A DNA stretch of 63,574 nucleotides, the filler included, from Rhabdomonas costata (lineage: Eukaryota), in NCBI GenBank assembly GCA_019059605.1. It is 43 parts of 43 records of this genome, joined end to end, with 100 filler letters (N's around TTAATTAATTAA, not from the genome) between each part and the next. Parts side by side here need not be neighbours in the genome. Positions count along the whole stretch, not along the records: positions 11,850 to 13,230 come from JAHMHO010017637.1; positions 13,331 to 14,711 come from JAHMHO010017638.1; positions 14,812 to 16,192 come from JAHMHO010017639.1; positions 16,293 to 17,671 come from JAHMHO010017640.1; positions 17,772 to 19,152 come from JAHMHO010017641.1; positions 19,253 to 20,630 come from JAHMHO010017642.1; positions 20,731 to 22,111 come from JAHMHO010017643.1; positions 22,212 to 23,592 come from JAHMHO010017644.1; 35 more parts are not named here. The stretch is one strand, 5' to 3'. Position 1 is the first letter of the stretch; each line of letters begins with the position of its first letter. This document shows, in pieces, positions 11,750 through 23,695 of the stretch. Below the pieces are notes generated by a model. That model was not told where the DNA came from. It was given only the letters and a program-made list of their open reading frames with translations, and ran no database searches. The position numbers were made by a program, and so were the translations under genes.

Positions 11750-14278
11750 NNNNNNNNNNNNNNNNNNNNNNNNNNNNNNNNNNNNNNNNNNNNTTAATTA
11801 ATTAANNNNNNNNNNNNNNNNNNNNNNNNNNNNNNNNNNNNNNNNNNNNGTGTTGTGTGATTTTCCGTGTTGGGCGAAGGGCAAATAAGGCGCAAATAAG
11901 GACTGAATCGCCGGACCGAATCTGCACACCTCACCACCGCATAACAGCAGCTCGGTTTGTTCAAAAAGAAAAAAATCAACGCACCTTTCTCCATCGGAAC
12001 AAAGGCGGTCGGTGATTCCTGCTGCGTTTCTCCCCAACCCGCAATCTGTGAGTTTGAATATAACCAATGCCTGTCCCAATCACTCCGCGGGGGATGCACA
12101 CAGGCCAAGAGGGGTACGTCCCTGCCAAGGGCCATCACATCCTCATTCACTCCGTGGAAGAGGGGGAAGTGAAGAACAAGCCTCCCAAGCCCAAGGCTGG
12201 CACTCTTGGTCGCGTGGGGCGGTAGAAGGCCACCCCAGACTTTGGCCGCGCCTTTGGCTTTGTAACGATAGCTTTCTTGGGGAATTCCTGTTGTGGACTT
12301 TGCAGCACTTCGTGTTTAGAGGTGAACGCTGGTGGATGGGTCCACCGGTTTGTCCAATCTGGCCAATGTGGGTGTGGTTTTGAAATGCATTTCTTAGCAT
12401 CTTTTTGACGAGACTTCACAACGTAGGTTGTAAAGGGCTCACCCCACACTAACTTCACAAGATTCTAACAATGGGCTCCACCTGTCCCCCCTCCCGCTCT
12501 GTTTATATCGTTTTTTGCGTCGCCATCGCCTTCTGAATGACGATAGTGCACACAGTACCGACTTTTTCGGGCACACCAGATTGCAAGTGACGATGCTCAC
12601 TCTAACCTACCGTGAACGAAGCACAGGCACTCTTATCAAGTCAGTAATTTCTAAATGTGAATGCGAGGCGAAAGCCTGAACCGTTGTTTGTGATGATTAC
12701 TGCTCTTCACCCAAAGGGTGATACGGCGCCAAAATTCGACAGTGCGTAGCAAGTGAAGATGGAAAAAATCAGCGACCTTTCTGCCAGAGCTGTATCAAAT
12801 TTGATGTGACATTGTCACTATGCATCCCTCTGGCAGCAGCATTGCAGGTTTCCCCGAAATTTTTGCCTTCTTTCACTGCTTGACGCGGAGTGCAGTGAGA
12901 GGGTGTGCTTTTTGGAAGCGGAATTATCGGAGTTCGTGTGAGAAAACTCCCGACCCCGCCAACGATGGACTCTGGGGAGGAGCGCTGGCGGGGCCCTCGG
13001 GTCGGTGTAGAAGACCCCATGAGCCGCCCCCTGGTGCCTCGGGCTCCCTCGTCGCCCTCGCGGACTCGGTTTGTCCCCCCCCTCCCTCCTTTTCAGTGAC
13101 TGATGTGCAGATAGGGATGTGCGCTTGTGAGTAGTTTTGCGCCCCATAAAAACGTTCATCAAAAAGGAAGAGCGCAAACCATTAGCGTCCATGTTAGCAC
13201 CACCAGAGCTCGTTCGTATACCCCACTGTTNNNNNNNNNNNNNNNNNNNNNNNNNNNNNNNNNNNNNNNNNNNNTTAATTAATTAANNNNNNNNNNNNNN
13301 NNNNNNNNNNNNNNNNNNNNNNNNNNNNNNTTTTGTGTGGTGGAGCCGGTGATCAGTACGGTCTTGCCACGCATCCGCTTGTCCATCACAGCCACACAGG
13401 AAGACAGGCAGCGACCCGTGGAGGAAGAAAACAGACAAAAGAAAAACCTGTGATGTACACACTCCCCGAGTTAAACGAGGTGCGCCTTGAAACACATCCC
13501 ATCTTGTGGCTGGCCGTTTTCGCCCTTTGCTGCCGGCACGACTTGTGTATCCTCAAGTTCAGTGCTGTAAACCTATGAACGGGGAGTAGCCACGATCAGA
13601 GAGTGGTAATTCTTGTTGCGGGCACCAGTCAGATACATCCGCTAAGTCGATGGGTAATATCTCAAACTTCAACCGCGCTGTGATTGGAAAGAAACACATT
13701 CTTTTCAGTTTAAAAAGTTGGCTTGATTCGTGCTTCTGTGTGGTGCGTGGGAAATCGAAGACGATTTAAAAAATGCCCGCAGTGCTGAGAACACGTAATG
13801 AGGAGCATGCCTGCGCGAGCAGGGGTGTAATTTTTCCTCAAAGGACGACGGCATCAATCATTTTCTTCTTCTAGACACCAAAACAAAAAGTGGGGCTGGG
13901 AACTTGTAGGACGTTGGAAACCACGTCTGCACAACAGTGGTCCCACTACCCCAGCGTGATGGCCTCGCCGAAGCATAGAGCAGAAGGAAAACACCATGAC
14001 GACCGGCGAGAAAGGGAGTCTCGACCCCCCAACTTTCCACCATTCAGCTCCACTCACGACGCAAGTGGAGAGCAAACACAAAGGGAAGGACCGTACGGAA
14101 CGAATCCAATATGCAAAACAGAGGGCGGTCCGACGGAAACCAAGACCCGGCACGGAAGAAACAAAACACAGTGCTCAAGCGAGCCACCAAAACGGAAAGC
14201 ACTTGCAAAGCGAGCACACGACCGACGAGATACAAGAGCGAACTAGACTCCACGCCTCTTATAGCGGTGGACCAGATA

Positions 14279-14530
14279 TTACTGAGAACGGGGCGGCATG
14301 CCATTGCCGTTCGCGTTGCCGTTGGCGCCCCGCGGTTTGCGTTTGAGCTTGGCTTCGGGGTCAATTGGGCCGTCGTAGACCAACAGACGCTCCGCGTTGT
14401 AGTTGCCACACAGCAGCGCCCGCCTAAGCCTGCACGGCCTCATCACTTCAGAGAAGTGGATCGGGAAGAAGTGCGCGGCGTCAACGTCGGGACGAACCAC
14501 GCCCATTGCCATCAAGGCCCATACTAACGC
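14279..14530 (-). CDS. Terminal exon of unknown protein, weakly like a permuted NlpC/P60 (YiiX-like) C-terminus
   Basis: Acceptor TTTTCCCAAG, then ALVWALMAMGVVRPDVDAAHFFPIHFSE..PPRSQ and TAA; GC-rich codons. Confidence 0.45.
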   Translation of the reverse strand, partial: ALVWALMAMGVVRPDVDAAHFFPIHFSEVMRPCRLRRALLCGNYNAERLLVYDGPIDPEAKLKRKPRGANGNANGNGMPPRSQ

Positions 14531-15584
14531 CTTGGGAAAAGGAAACATAATGAAAGCCACAAGGGAATTGAATGAATTGAATGAATTGTAATTCGAATGG
14601 TAACATGGTTCGTCTACTGATATCATGCGTCACAGCTATTTCTATCAGCCCATATAGAAGAATAAAGTCATAGTGATATCCTGCACGCCCGTCCACCAAC
14701 ACACCCCCACCNNNNNNNNNNNNNNNNNNNNNNNNNNNNNNNNNNNNNNNNNNNNTTAATTAATTAANNNNNNNNNNNNNNNNNNNNNNNNNNNNNNNNN
14801 NNNNNNNNNNNTTTTTGTGGGGCTCAAGATCCGAGGTGCTTTCATTTGTTGGACATGGATGTGCGGTTTGCAGCAGGGAGGGGGTGATGCACTTGAGGGT
14901 GGGGGCATAAATGCACTTATGCCCATAACCGCCCGCTGTTATCCCATCACTCGAAGTGAGACGAAGGTGAGGGGTGCGCTGCGTACGATGGTTGGTGAGC
15001 GACGGATGAGTTCTGAGAGATGGACGAGCGGCCCGTCTGGATCGACTGCTTACGCTCCATTGCTTTTCAGAAAGTCAGAAGAAGAAGCGGAAAAAGCCTC
15101 GACCGAGGAAAAACCACGGAGAAAGCCCAATTCACGAGAAGAAGACAGCAGGAGGGGGATTTCAGCACAATCAAAAACCCACAAAAAGCATGAACTACAA
15201 ATGAGAAAGTAGTAACTGGATGAGTTCATCGGGGGGGGGGGATGAAAATACGCCGCATCCCATGCAGGGCGAACACAGTATTGATATTACACGAAAAACA
15301 CCCAAAAATCGCGGAAAAAGCCTAAACCGGCGACTTTGGGTCCAGCCACCATTCCGAAGCAGTGGGATGGCAGAGAGAATCCATGAGCAGAGCAGAGACC
15401 AAAAAGGCATGAACAAAAGAAACTCGGGGGACTGAGAACACATTTCTACGCTATTTTGACGGCAAAGGATTTTTCGACCACTCCGCTCAGGTGTGTGCGT
15501 ATTTCTTCAACGCCTTGGATCCCGTGTTGTCATCTGCATAACGGGTGGTGACTTCCCTCAAAACTAACTATACTCCATGCAGGA

Positions 15585-15652
15585 CTCACCGAGGACAAGC
15601 ACCACGCCGTTAATCTCACCGAGGACAAGCACCACGCCATTAATCTCACCGA
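15585..15652 (+). repeat. 30-bp tandem repeat, ~2.3 copies
   Basis: CTCACCGAGGACAAGCACCACGCCRTTAAT twice plus a partial copy. Confidence 0.9.
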
Positions 15653-16782
15653 AACCATCATCAAAGCGCGTACCATGCGACAAAATCCAGCCAAAATATT
15701 TTCGTTTTCGGCTCTACAGGAAAAAACTTTACCACCGAAATGCGCTCAATACTTTTCGGGAACTAATACTTGACCACAAAACAGTTTTTGCACCACAAAC
15801 TCTCTGAAAAGAAGCCTCTCGGTTACTAGCCATCGGCCTCAGGAAAGGAAGCGCCATCCTGGATAAAAGATGGTGAAGAATTGGCTTCGGAAAACAAAAG
15901 CGGGAATTCCAGGGGTGACGTTCTAATGGGCCAAAAAAGTACAGAGCAAAAAAAAACGGACGCAATGCTACCAAGCCTTTCCAACGCAGCAGCAACAAAT
16001 GCCTCCCCCCACCTCACCCACAACATCCTCACAAATCAACACAATCGCGAAGCACCCAAATCCTTACAGACACTCCCACACACGCACTCACTCACTCACT
16101 CACTCACTCACTCAAGTATCCACGCAGCACACAACGGCAACGAAACCAGCAAAACACGTTCCCACCTTTAAAAGCAAAACTCGATGAAAAGANNNNNNNN
16201 NNNNNNNNNNNNNNNNNNNNNNNNNNNNNNNNNNNNTTAATTAATTAANNNNNNNNNNNNNNNNNNNNNNNNNNNNNNNNNNNNNNNNNNNNGGGTGGTT
16301 GATGGAAGTGGAGGTGGGAAGCAACCTGAGGAGAGGGCAAGGCCAAAAGTACCGGGGGATGTGGGGGCGAATTGTTTTGCGTGTGAGCTGCGTTGAATGG
16401 GCAGCCAGGAGCTGAAATTTTGAAATCGTATAAATAAATCGAACCCCATCCGATCCTCCAAGGAAGCGATGGATCGCAGCCGTCAACAACAAATGGTCTT
16501 TTGGCCACTTTTCCGACTCCCACTCACCTTTTTGTGACCCGGGCAATACGGGTATGTTTGAGAGAGAGAGAGAGAGTGTGTGTGTTAATAGTGAGCGGAA
16601 GTTGTGTGCGAGTGCCGACCAGATGGTGAACCAGCCCTGGAACAGTGTCGTGTGCCCTTTGTGCTTGTGACTAATATTTTTTACCCGTGTGTGTGCTCAT
16701 TGTGGTGAGACCGAGCAAAAAACCACCCGTTACGGAGAACGCAAATATTTCCAGGTGTGCAGTTTGGCTGCGAAGGGCATGC

Positions 16783-17031
16783 CTTTGGCGGCACCGGCGG
16801 TCGTGCAGGGCCCACTGCGACCGCTCCACCGCGGCCCCACCGCACCCCTCGCACTCTGCCGCAACGGCACACCACGGCACGTGGGTGACCCGGAACTGCT
16901 CCGCTGGAATGTACTGCTCGCACGCTGTGCATCGCGTCAGCTTCGCCGGGTTGCGTGGCGGCGCCAGGCCCCCCACCCCAGACCCGGCACCCCCGTCAGG
17001 GAACCCACTGCCCGACAACCCATTCCCAATA
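16783..17031 (-). CDS. Exon with tandem TRAF-type (CxxC..H..C) zinc-finger-like motifs
   Basis: Acceptor CCTCTCAG; CTACEQYIPAEQFRVTHVPWC and CEGCGGAAVERSQWALHDRRC; possible GC donor AAG|GCATGC. Confidence 0.5.
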
Positions 17032-18781
17032 CTGAGAGGGAGGTTTCAAACTCGATATCACCCACTGCCTTAGCCTTCCAGAGGGGCAAGATGGCTGTGG
17101 CGCCGGGCAGAGTAGTGCAATGCTTCGCAACACTACAATGTCTTGTGGCAGATTCTCAATGGAAACTTCCGGTCCTGGTCCTGCCCTGCTCGTTTGAGGT
17201 AGCTTGGTCTATGGCTGTATTCAAATTTTTGCCTGAATTTCATCCCATCTCCGGAACCATGTCAGTAGCTCTGGCAAGAGTACTGTCATCAGTTATTAGT
17301 TCCCAGCCCCCATGTCCTTTTTCCCTGGCCCTGTTCCCACACAGGGCTTTTTTGATTCATTTGAGTGGCATGCCAAACTCCGCAATTGCGATCTCACTGC
17401 GCGTATCATGACATCCTTCCTAACGGGTACACTCTGGGGTACACGCAGGCGTACCTCACGGGCGTAATCTAAATGGCAGCATGGGCACTGACACCTCCCT
17501 ATGTGTCAGAAGCGTTTTTGGGGGTATGGAGCTAATCGGAGTCCCATCTGTTTTGCAACTCTGTCATATTTTTTCTTGCTGTTTTGCCCCGCATTTCACC
17601 CTTGTTTGGACCTCTGTACTTAATGCTTTGTTTTTTTTCAGGTAATTGTTGTTTCCGTATAAAAAACCAACNNNNNNNNNNNNNNNNNNNNNNNNNNNNN
17701 NNNNNNNNNNNNNNNTTAATTAATTAANNNNNNNNNNNNNNNNNNNNNNNNNNNNNNNNNNNNNNNNNNNNGTGGTTTTGTGTTCACGGAGAGGATGATC
17801 TAAGATGGGCAGGACACCCGCCGGGAAGGGTTCGTGGCTATCTTCCCGGAGGCGTGACACCGCTCAGAAGCCCAAAGGATGCTGCAGCAGAAGGGAGCTG
17901 CGATGGCATGTACGGGTATTCATTTTGGTGGGCGTCACCTGCCCCTCACGTATCACCATAAGTCGGCATACCATTTGGCCGGGAAGCTGAGGGACGAGTG
18001 AACGTTGGGTATGTTTTTTTTGCAAGACACTCCGCTGGCTCGCGGACCTTTCCAAAAGGCGTTCTATCAAGGTTCATAGCCGTCTTACCCTAGTGCTTTT
18101 CGGTCGGATGCCTTGGCTGCTGCCCGCGCAGATCAGGGCGGCCCTTCATCTTCTTCAGATGTTCTCAGGATTGTTGTTCTGTATGGCACTGATGCGAGGA
18201 TCAAAGGGCGAGGCGATTCATGGGGTCCTGCTCTTCTATGTACGTTCTGTGTAATTACAACATGGGATTTTGGATTTTTTGGGGTGTTTTTTTCGGTTCC
18301 CTGTTTTCAGAGATGGAATACGTACAAACGCGCTGAAACAGGACCTAGGCGTACCTTATCCCCAATCGGTTGCGAGGACTCTCCCAGGTCCTGCGAAGGG
18401 CAGATTCCATCCAATTCCAAAGCAGGAGCAAGTCAAAGACAAACAACACAAGAATCCACAGGAGTCCAAGCACATGCGATATCGCGGTGAACAAGTGACA
18501 CCTCAGGGCATCCCACTCTCTTTTGGGTTCACTTCCCGAACTCACATCCCTCTTTCACATCCCGCGGTGCCCTCTCCCGAGCAGCTCATGCCGACTCACC
18601 CTCACTACAGGTTTGGTTCATCCATGAAAACCACAGTTATCTACAGTGCTTTGAGCCGCACGCCACCATCTCTGACCTTTTGCTGCAGCAGATGGAGCGT
18701 CGGCGGCGCAGACACAAATGACATGCACGCAGACGAACACGAACACGAGCACATGAGAGGGCACAGGTGGGCGGATTAGCT

Positions 18782-19057
18782 CTAGGAGGACCCCTCCTCG
18801 GGCTCAGGGCTTGCCCTCTCCGTGGGCATGGAGACCACTGAACCGCCTTTCCGGACCTTGCGCTCGGCCTTCGCGCCCATGTTGCGGGCAATGGCCCGGA
18901 CGTGCTCCTCGATCTTGAGGTTGCCGCTGACCACCCCCATAAGGACCTTCAAGCCGTTCACCTTGGGCTGATTGTCCAGCTTCGTGGCAAGCTCCAGGGC
19001 AACCATCAGGTTCCGGCTGCTCTCGGCCCACTCCCCCTTGCTCGCGCAAAGCAGGCC
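18782..19057 (-). CDS. Terminal exon of a TPR protein, TTC29-like
   Basis: GLLCASKGEWAESSRNLMVALELA is TPR-like; KVLMGVVSGN resembles the TTC29 C-terminus; TGCAG acceptor and TAG stop. Confidence 0.5.
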   Translation of the reverse strand, partial: GLLCASKGEWAESSRNLMVALELATKLDNQPKVNGLKVLMGVVSGNLKIEEHVRAIARNMGAKAERKVRKGGSVVSMPTERASPEPEEGSS

Positions 19058-19681
19058 CTGCATCGCCCCCACACACAAGCCAACAGACAGACGTGGAGTG
19101 AGGGTGGGGGGGAGGCAAGGCTTAAACCCCACAACCCAACCACACCCAACACNNNNNNNNNNNNNNNNNNNNNNNNNNNNNNNNNNNNNNNNNNNNTTAA
19201 TTAATTAANNNNNNNNNNNNNNNNNNNNNNNNNNNNNNNNNNNNNNNNNNNNGTGTTGGGTGTGTGTGGGTGGTTTGGGTAATGTCTCCAGATCGAAAAC
19301 ATCGTTCATTGATGGAGGCGTGAAACATTAACACTGAACAGTGGAGGAATAGAGGAAGGGATGTGATGTGGTTAAGTGATGGGAGTCTCAGTTACTGGAT
19401 TACTATGGGAAATTGGGGAAGAGCAACCACTGAAGAGGCAGCTTCCACCAGCACGCAGCACCGACAGCACGATACCAGTTTTCATGTCTATTACTTTCTT
19501 GAATGCTCGCAAAACTTTGACGAGGAGTACACAAATAAGGAAGGAAACGGTTGCGCGACGGGGTGCGGGTGCGGTGCGAGGTGTTGGGGACGTCCTGAAA
19601 AAGTGGAAGGGGTGTGCAGAGTTACATGAGGGAAGATAACATGTCAGAGAAGCTTTTTTTGGAGGGGAGGGCTGACGGAAC

Positions 19682-19839
19682 CTAACAGTTGTCCGTGCTC
19701 GTCGAACACCTGGACACCCTTCCGGAGCTCGCCCTGCCTCATCAGCGGGACGTTCGCGAAGTGTGCGGAGGAGCCTATCGCCATCGGAACCAGCCGCGCC
19801 AGCATGCCTCGGCGAAGCCACGGCCGGGCCTCGATATAC
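19682..19839 (-). CDS. SFXN: Sideroflexin (mitochondrial carrier) internal exon
   Basis: RLVPMAIGSSAHFANVPLMRQGELRKGVQVFDEHGQLLG matches the family motif N.PLMRQ.EL..G..V.D..G..LG; AG and GT borders. Confidence 0.88.
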
Positions 19840-20471
19840 CTGCAAGCAGGACAGCAGCAGCAACTCCGAGGCCACATCCTGCTCGCGTTGACAAATCACA
19901 CACTGTACTTAGGTCTTCAACGAACCAGGAGCCCCATTTGCATATGAGTTCCAGTCGGTGGCATTTGCCAGTCAGCGTGGAGGGCTACAGGTCCACGCAA
20001 TGCCTCCGTCCTCCCTTTGATTGGCTTCCCGCGTACATGTGTTGTTTTGCAGTGCAGGCCTCTCACAGGTGACCATGGGGACTGAAGCCATGTCGCACCA
20101 CGCGTAAGTCGGGGATGGAAGACCTCTTGGAAGACGATGTGGACTTGGAGCTGTGGCGGCGTGGATCGTTGACTGCTCTCAAGGTACGCCGCTGTCGACC
20201 CAGAGTCGATTAACAACCCCCTGCGAACCACCTTAAAAAGAAACACTGGCAACTTCAATGAGGCCATCTGCCGAGAAAATGAGCAAAAAAAAGCGCCAAG
20301 CGCTGAGCACAGGAGGGAGGCTCCTCCCCAGCTGATGTCACTTTGTCACTTTGAGGCATGCAACCGCACCCAGCACCCAGACTAATTAGAACCAAATAAA
20401 GGGTAGGTCATCAGGACCGCCCTTCTCAGCCCAAGACCAGGGATCATACAAGCTCACAGTGTCTAAGGGCA

Positions 20472-20625
20472 GGAGGCGCTAAAAAAAGCACCCCAAAAGG
20501 AGTGAGAAACTTCGAGAGCTATTCAAAATTAAACTAACTCAATTTGGTACCTCATTGAGTTAGTTTAATTTTGAATAGCTCTCGAAGTTTCTCACTCCTT
20601 TTGGGGTGCTTTTTTTAGCGCCTCC
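20472..20625. repeat. Perfect 72-bp inverted repeat with 10-nt loop at contig end (probable fold-back chimera)
   Basis: 20472-20543 is the exact reverse complement of 20554-20625. Confidence 0.9.
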
Positions 20626-21385
20626 CACCCNNNNNNNNNNNNNNNNNNNNNNNNNNNNNNNNNNNNNNNNNNNNTTAATTAATTAANNNNNNNNNNNNNN
20701 NNNNNNNNNNNNNNNNNNNNNNNNNNNNNNGTTTGTTGGGCTTTCGTTCACTTTAGGCCTGGCCTGGCCAGAGGGCTCCCTTGTTCTTTTTCTCGCCTCC
20801 GTGCACGCTTGAGTGAGACGAAAGAGCAATCACCACTGAAAAAGGGAGAGAGAATGGTTAGGTATTCCCGTAGTTCAGCGTGCCCAAGGAGCTCAGACTG
20901 GGCCGCACGAACTCCGTCTTTTGAGAAACATTGTCCTGCTCTCGGTCACCTGCCGTTTCCTGCCGTTTGGTTTCCTGTCGTTTCGCCCGCCGAACACTAA
21001 ACCACCTTGTTGCGGTTCCAAATGAAGGCTTTTGGAGCTTTTGGCCGCAATTTGACGGGTTGTCTGCGACGAGGCAAGTGTACTTAATCTCAGGGCCACA
21101 ATGACGACCGTAAGTGGGAGGAAGAAGTACTAGTGACTGGAGTGAGTGGGGGTCCGAGCATTGTCTCGCTATCAAGCTTCCCGAAAGAACAACGAGCTCG
21201 GATGCTGGCGTGGTAAACTGTGCTTCGCAAGCTGAGGCAATCGAAGTCCAAGGTTACTCCCACCTTTTCTGTCATTGGTTGGCGGCGACAATTTTCTTCC
21301 CTTCCCCATTCTGATTTCAGATTTCAGGCTTCCGTTAAAGAATCTGAAATAGGAAATAAATGGGAGATCTACCTTCGCTCCGCAG

Positions 21386-21628
21386 GTGGTGTCGCTGAAC
21401 AGCCCTGCGAACTTTGAGTCCGCAGCGATGTTTGGGGTGAAGCTGCGCTCGGCGGACGGAGGGGCGGTCTACCGGGCCACGCTGCGGTTTGTGCTGGGGA
21501 TGGCCGTGGCGCAGCTGTACCCCGACCGCGCCGTGTGGGTGCGGCACGGCTTCGCGATGGAGGGCTCGGCGTTCTCCAGGGGCTACTACTGCGAGTTCTT
21601 GGCCCCACCGAACAGCCCCCCGGTGACG
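21386..21628 (+). CDS. Exon of a bacterial-type uridine/nucleoside kinase with ThrRS-like N-terminal domain
   Basis: SADGGAVYRATLRFVLGMAVAQLYPDRAVWVRHG..SRGYYCEF resembles 'DG.R.Y.RSL.FVL..AV..L.P...V.I.HS.SKGYYCE'; CCGCAG acceptor and GT donor. Confidence 0.7.
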
Positions 21629-22405
21629 GTACTCGCACTCGCACTCAGGCACTCCTGTCGAGTCTTTTTCCCTCCCGCACTTTTTGCGCTTCAGCTTTTC
21701 CTGTGATGCCCTGCTGAATTTGCAAAAGACCCCCAGGCCTGCCCCTCGGTCCTGCCCTTCGTCGAAATCCCGTGGAGAACATTGCGGTTTTATATTTGTC
21801 TTACACCACCTGCTCAATCGCCGCTGCCGCAAGTGCAGATGAAACAGCTCGTTCCTGGACATGCGACAAAAACTGGGGACAATAGAATGGGGGGGGGGCG
21901 GTAAACGCTTATCGGCGTTAAACGTTTTGGACATTGTGGATCGATTGAGACAACATTAGTTGAGGGACCCAAGCCCAACATGGCTTGCTCTCGTGTATTG
22001 CAGAATGACAGTATGGCTTGATGACTTGGTGATAGTGTCCCATCCGCCTTCCTTGCCTGACACCTCGTGTGAAGTGATGTGGTCTGTTGTCCGCTGCTGT
22101 CGCAGGGAAACNNNNNNNNNNNNNNNNNNNNNNNNNNNNNNNNNNNNNNNNNNNNTTAATTAATTAANNNNNNNNNNNNNNNNNNNNNNNNNNNNNNNNN
22201 NNNNNNNNNNNTGTGTTTTGGCAAGCAATGGGATAGACTATTTTGGGGGCGAAGACACCCCCTGAACGCTGAACGGGGCGGCTGGGGCAGGAACGGTGCT
22301 GGGGAGTAATAAATGAGAACAGCATCTCGGAAATTTGGCGGAATGATGCACAAAGTAATCATGTGTATGCAGTGACTTGGTTTGTTTTGAACCTTCCTGA
22401 GTCAG

Positions 22406-23467
22406 GTGACACCTGGAAAAGACGATCACGTTCGCTATCACCTTTTCAGTGATAGCGGTCACAACAACACGACAGCGACGCAAAATTTCTATAGCGTTCA
22501 CGCGCTGTGTTGTGCAGAGAACCTGAATGTTTTGCACAAGCCCGACGCAATCCAGGCTGGAACAGAGCTTATACTCACGTTGAAAGACATCCCTGTGCTG
22601 TCGGAAAAGGGCGATGACCTCAACCAAGGTTTCAGCGCTTTTTTCGCAAAGCTGGTGGTTGATGAATTGCAACTCTTCTTTCCAAGCAAGCATTGCAAGC
22701 AACTGTTTTTTTTTTGCAACTTCAGAGGGAGACGCTCTTGAGAGCTCAGCACTGAAAGAAGTTGAAAGGCGAGAATTTCTAAAACGTGGCCAGCAAAAGG
22801 GCTACAGTGTCTACGACGACCTGGAAGGCAAAGTGAGCACCCTTCTCCCACAGTACGATGACGCCTACATGAAGTTTAAGCAGCAGGTATGTATTTGCGT
22901 GTGTGGCAACTTGTTTTTGGGGTTTGTGGGGCTACAAACCAGCAAAAGATTGATGTTCGTGGTGCGTGGTGTGCGCAGTTTGTGTGATTGCTAAACTATG
23001 CCAAAATTCAAAGCTACCCTTCTCTGGAGGAAGCTTTCCAACTGGGCCCCTTTCCAACTGGGTCGTTTGAAGTGGGAATGGGCATCTGCCGAATACAGCA
23101 CCCGGACCCAAGATCCAACTCGAGTGTTGGATTGGGTAATCTTTGCCCCTCCTTTTTTTTTTTGCTTTTTTTTTGCTGCTTTTTTTTGTGCAGGTGGGCT
23201 TTACCTTGAACGCCGAAGGTGATTACGACGGTTCAGTGGGTACTTCCACGGCATCTTCCTCTTCGTCCTCGTCTTCCTCAAGCTCGCCCCCCGCAGCTTC
23301 GCGAGTGCCGCGCAGCAGGGGCGGCACTGAGACGGCCGCGCCTGAGCATGAGCCTGCGGTGCTTCCATCCATCCGTGCGAAGCTCCAGGAGACGCTGCGG
23401 CAGTACCAGAGCATGAGTGGGGAGGGAGGCGTTCCCAGGGAGTACCACTTGGACGGCTCTCATACGG
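22406..23467 (+). CDS. Four-exon unknown gene (22406-22628, 22726-22886, 22979-23071, 23194-~23467) with one in-frame TGA
   Basis: Three GT-AG introns join phase-consistent frames; TGA at 22985-22987; 3' end of exon 4 uncertain. Confidence 0.55.
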
Positions 23468-23695
23468 GTCCTCAGTTGCGTTGTGCAGAGTATTCAATGG
23501 ACCGAGCACTTGCTTCTTGTCGGCTAAGAATTTTACTGCTCCATTGTTGAACGTTTCTGCCAATCAATGCTAGTGGAAGATCACAAACCACANNNNNNNN
23601 NNNNNNNNNNNNNNNNNNNNNNNNNNNNNNNNNNNNTTAATTAATTAANNNNNNNNNNNNNNNNNNNNNNNNNNNNNNNNNNNNNNNNNNNNGGG

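Noticed and set aside
19590..19681. Non-canonical intron giving sideroflexin 'LGTSP'
   Set aside because: It needs a 1-nt shifted junction, and the downstream translation does not resemble sideroflexin.
20472..20625. Long perfect hairpin as ncRNA, terminator or MITE
   Set aside because: Perfect arms ending at the contig end match the fold-back pattern shown at 25181-25316.
22985..22987. Genome-wide TGA reassignment
   Set aside because: TGA terminates BBS9 shortly after the conserved C-terminal motif, TGG encodes conserved Trp throughout, and the long ORFs contain no in-frame TGA.
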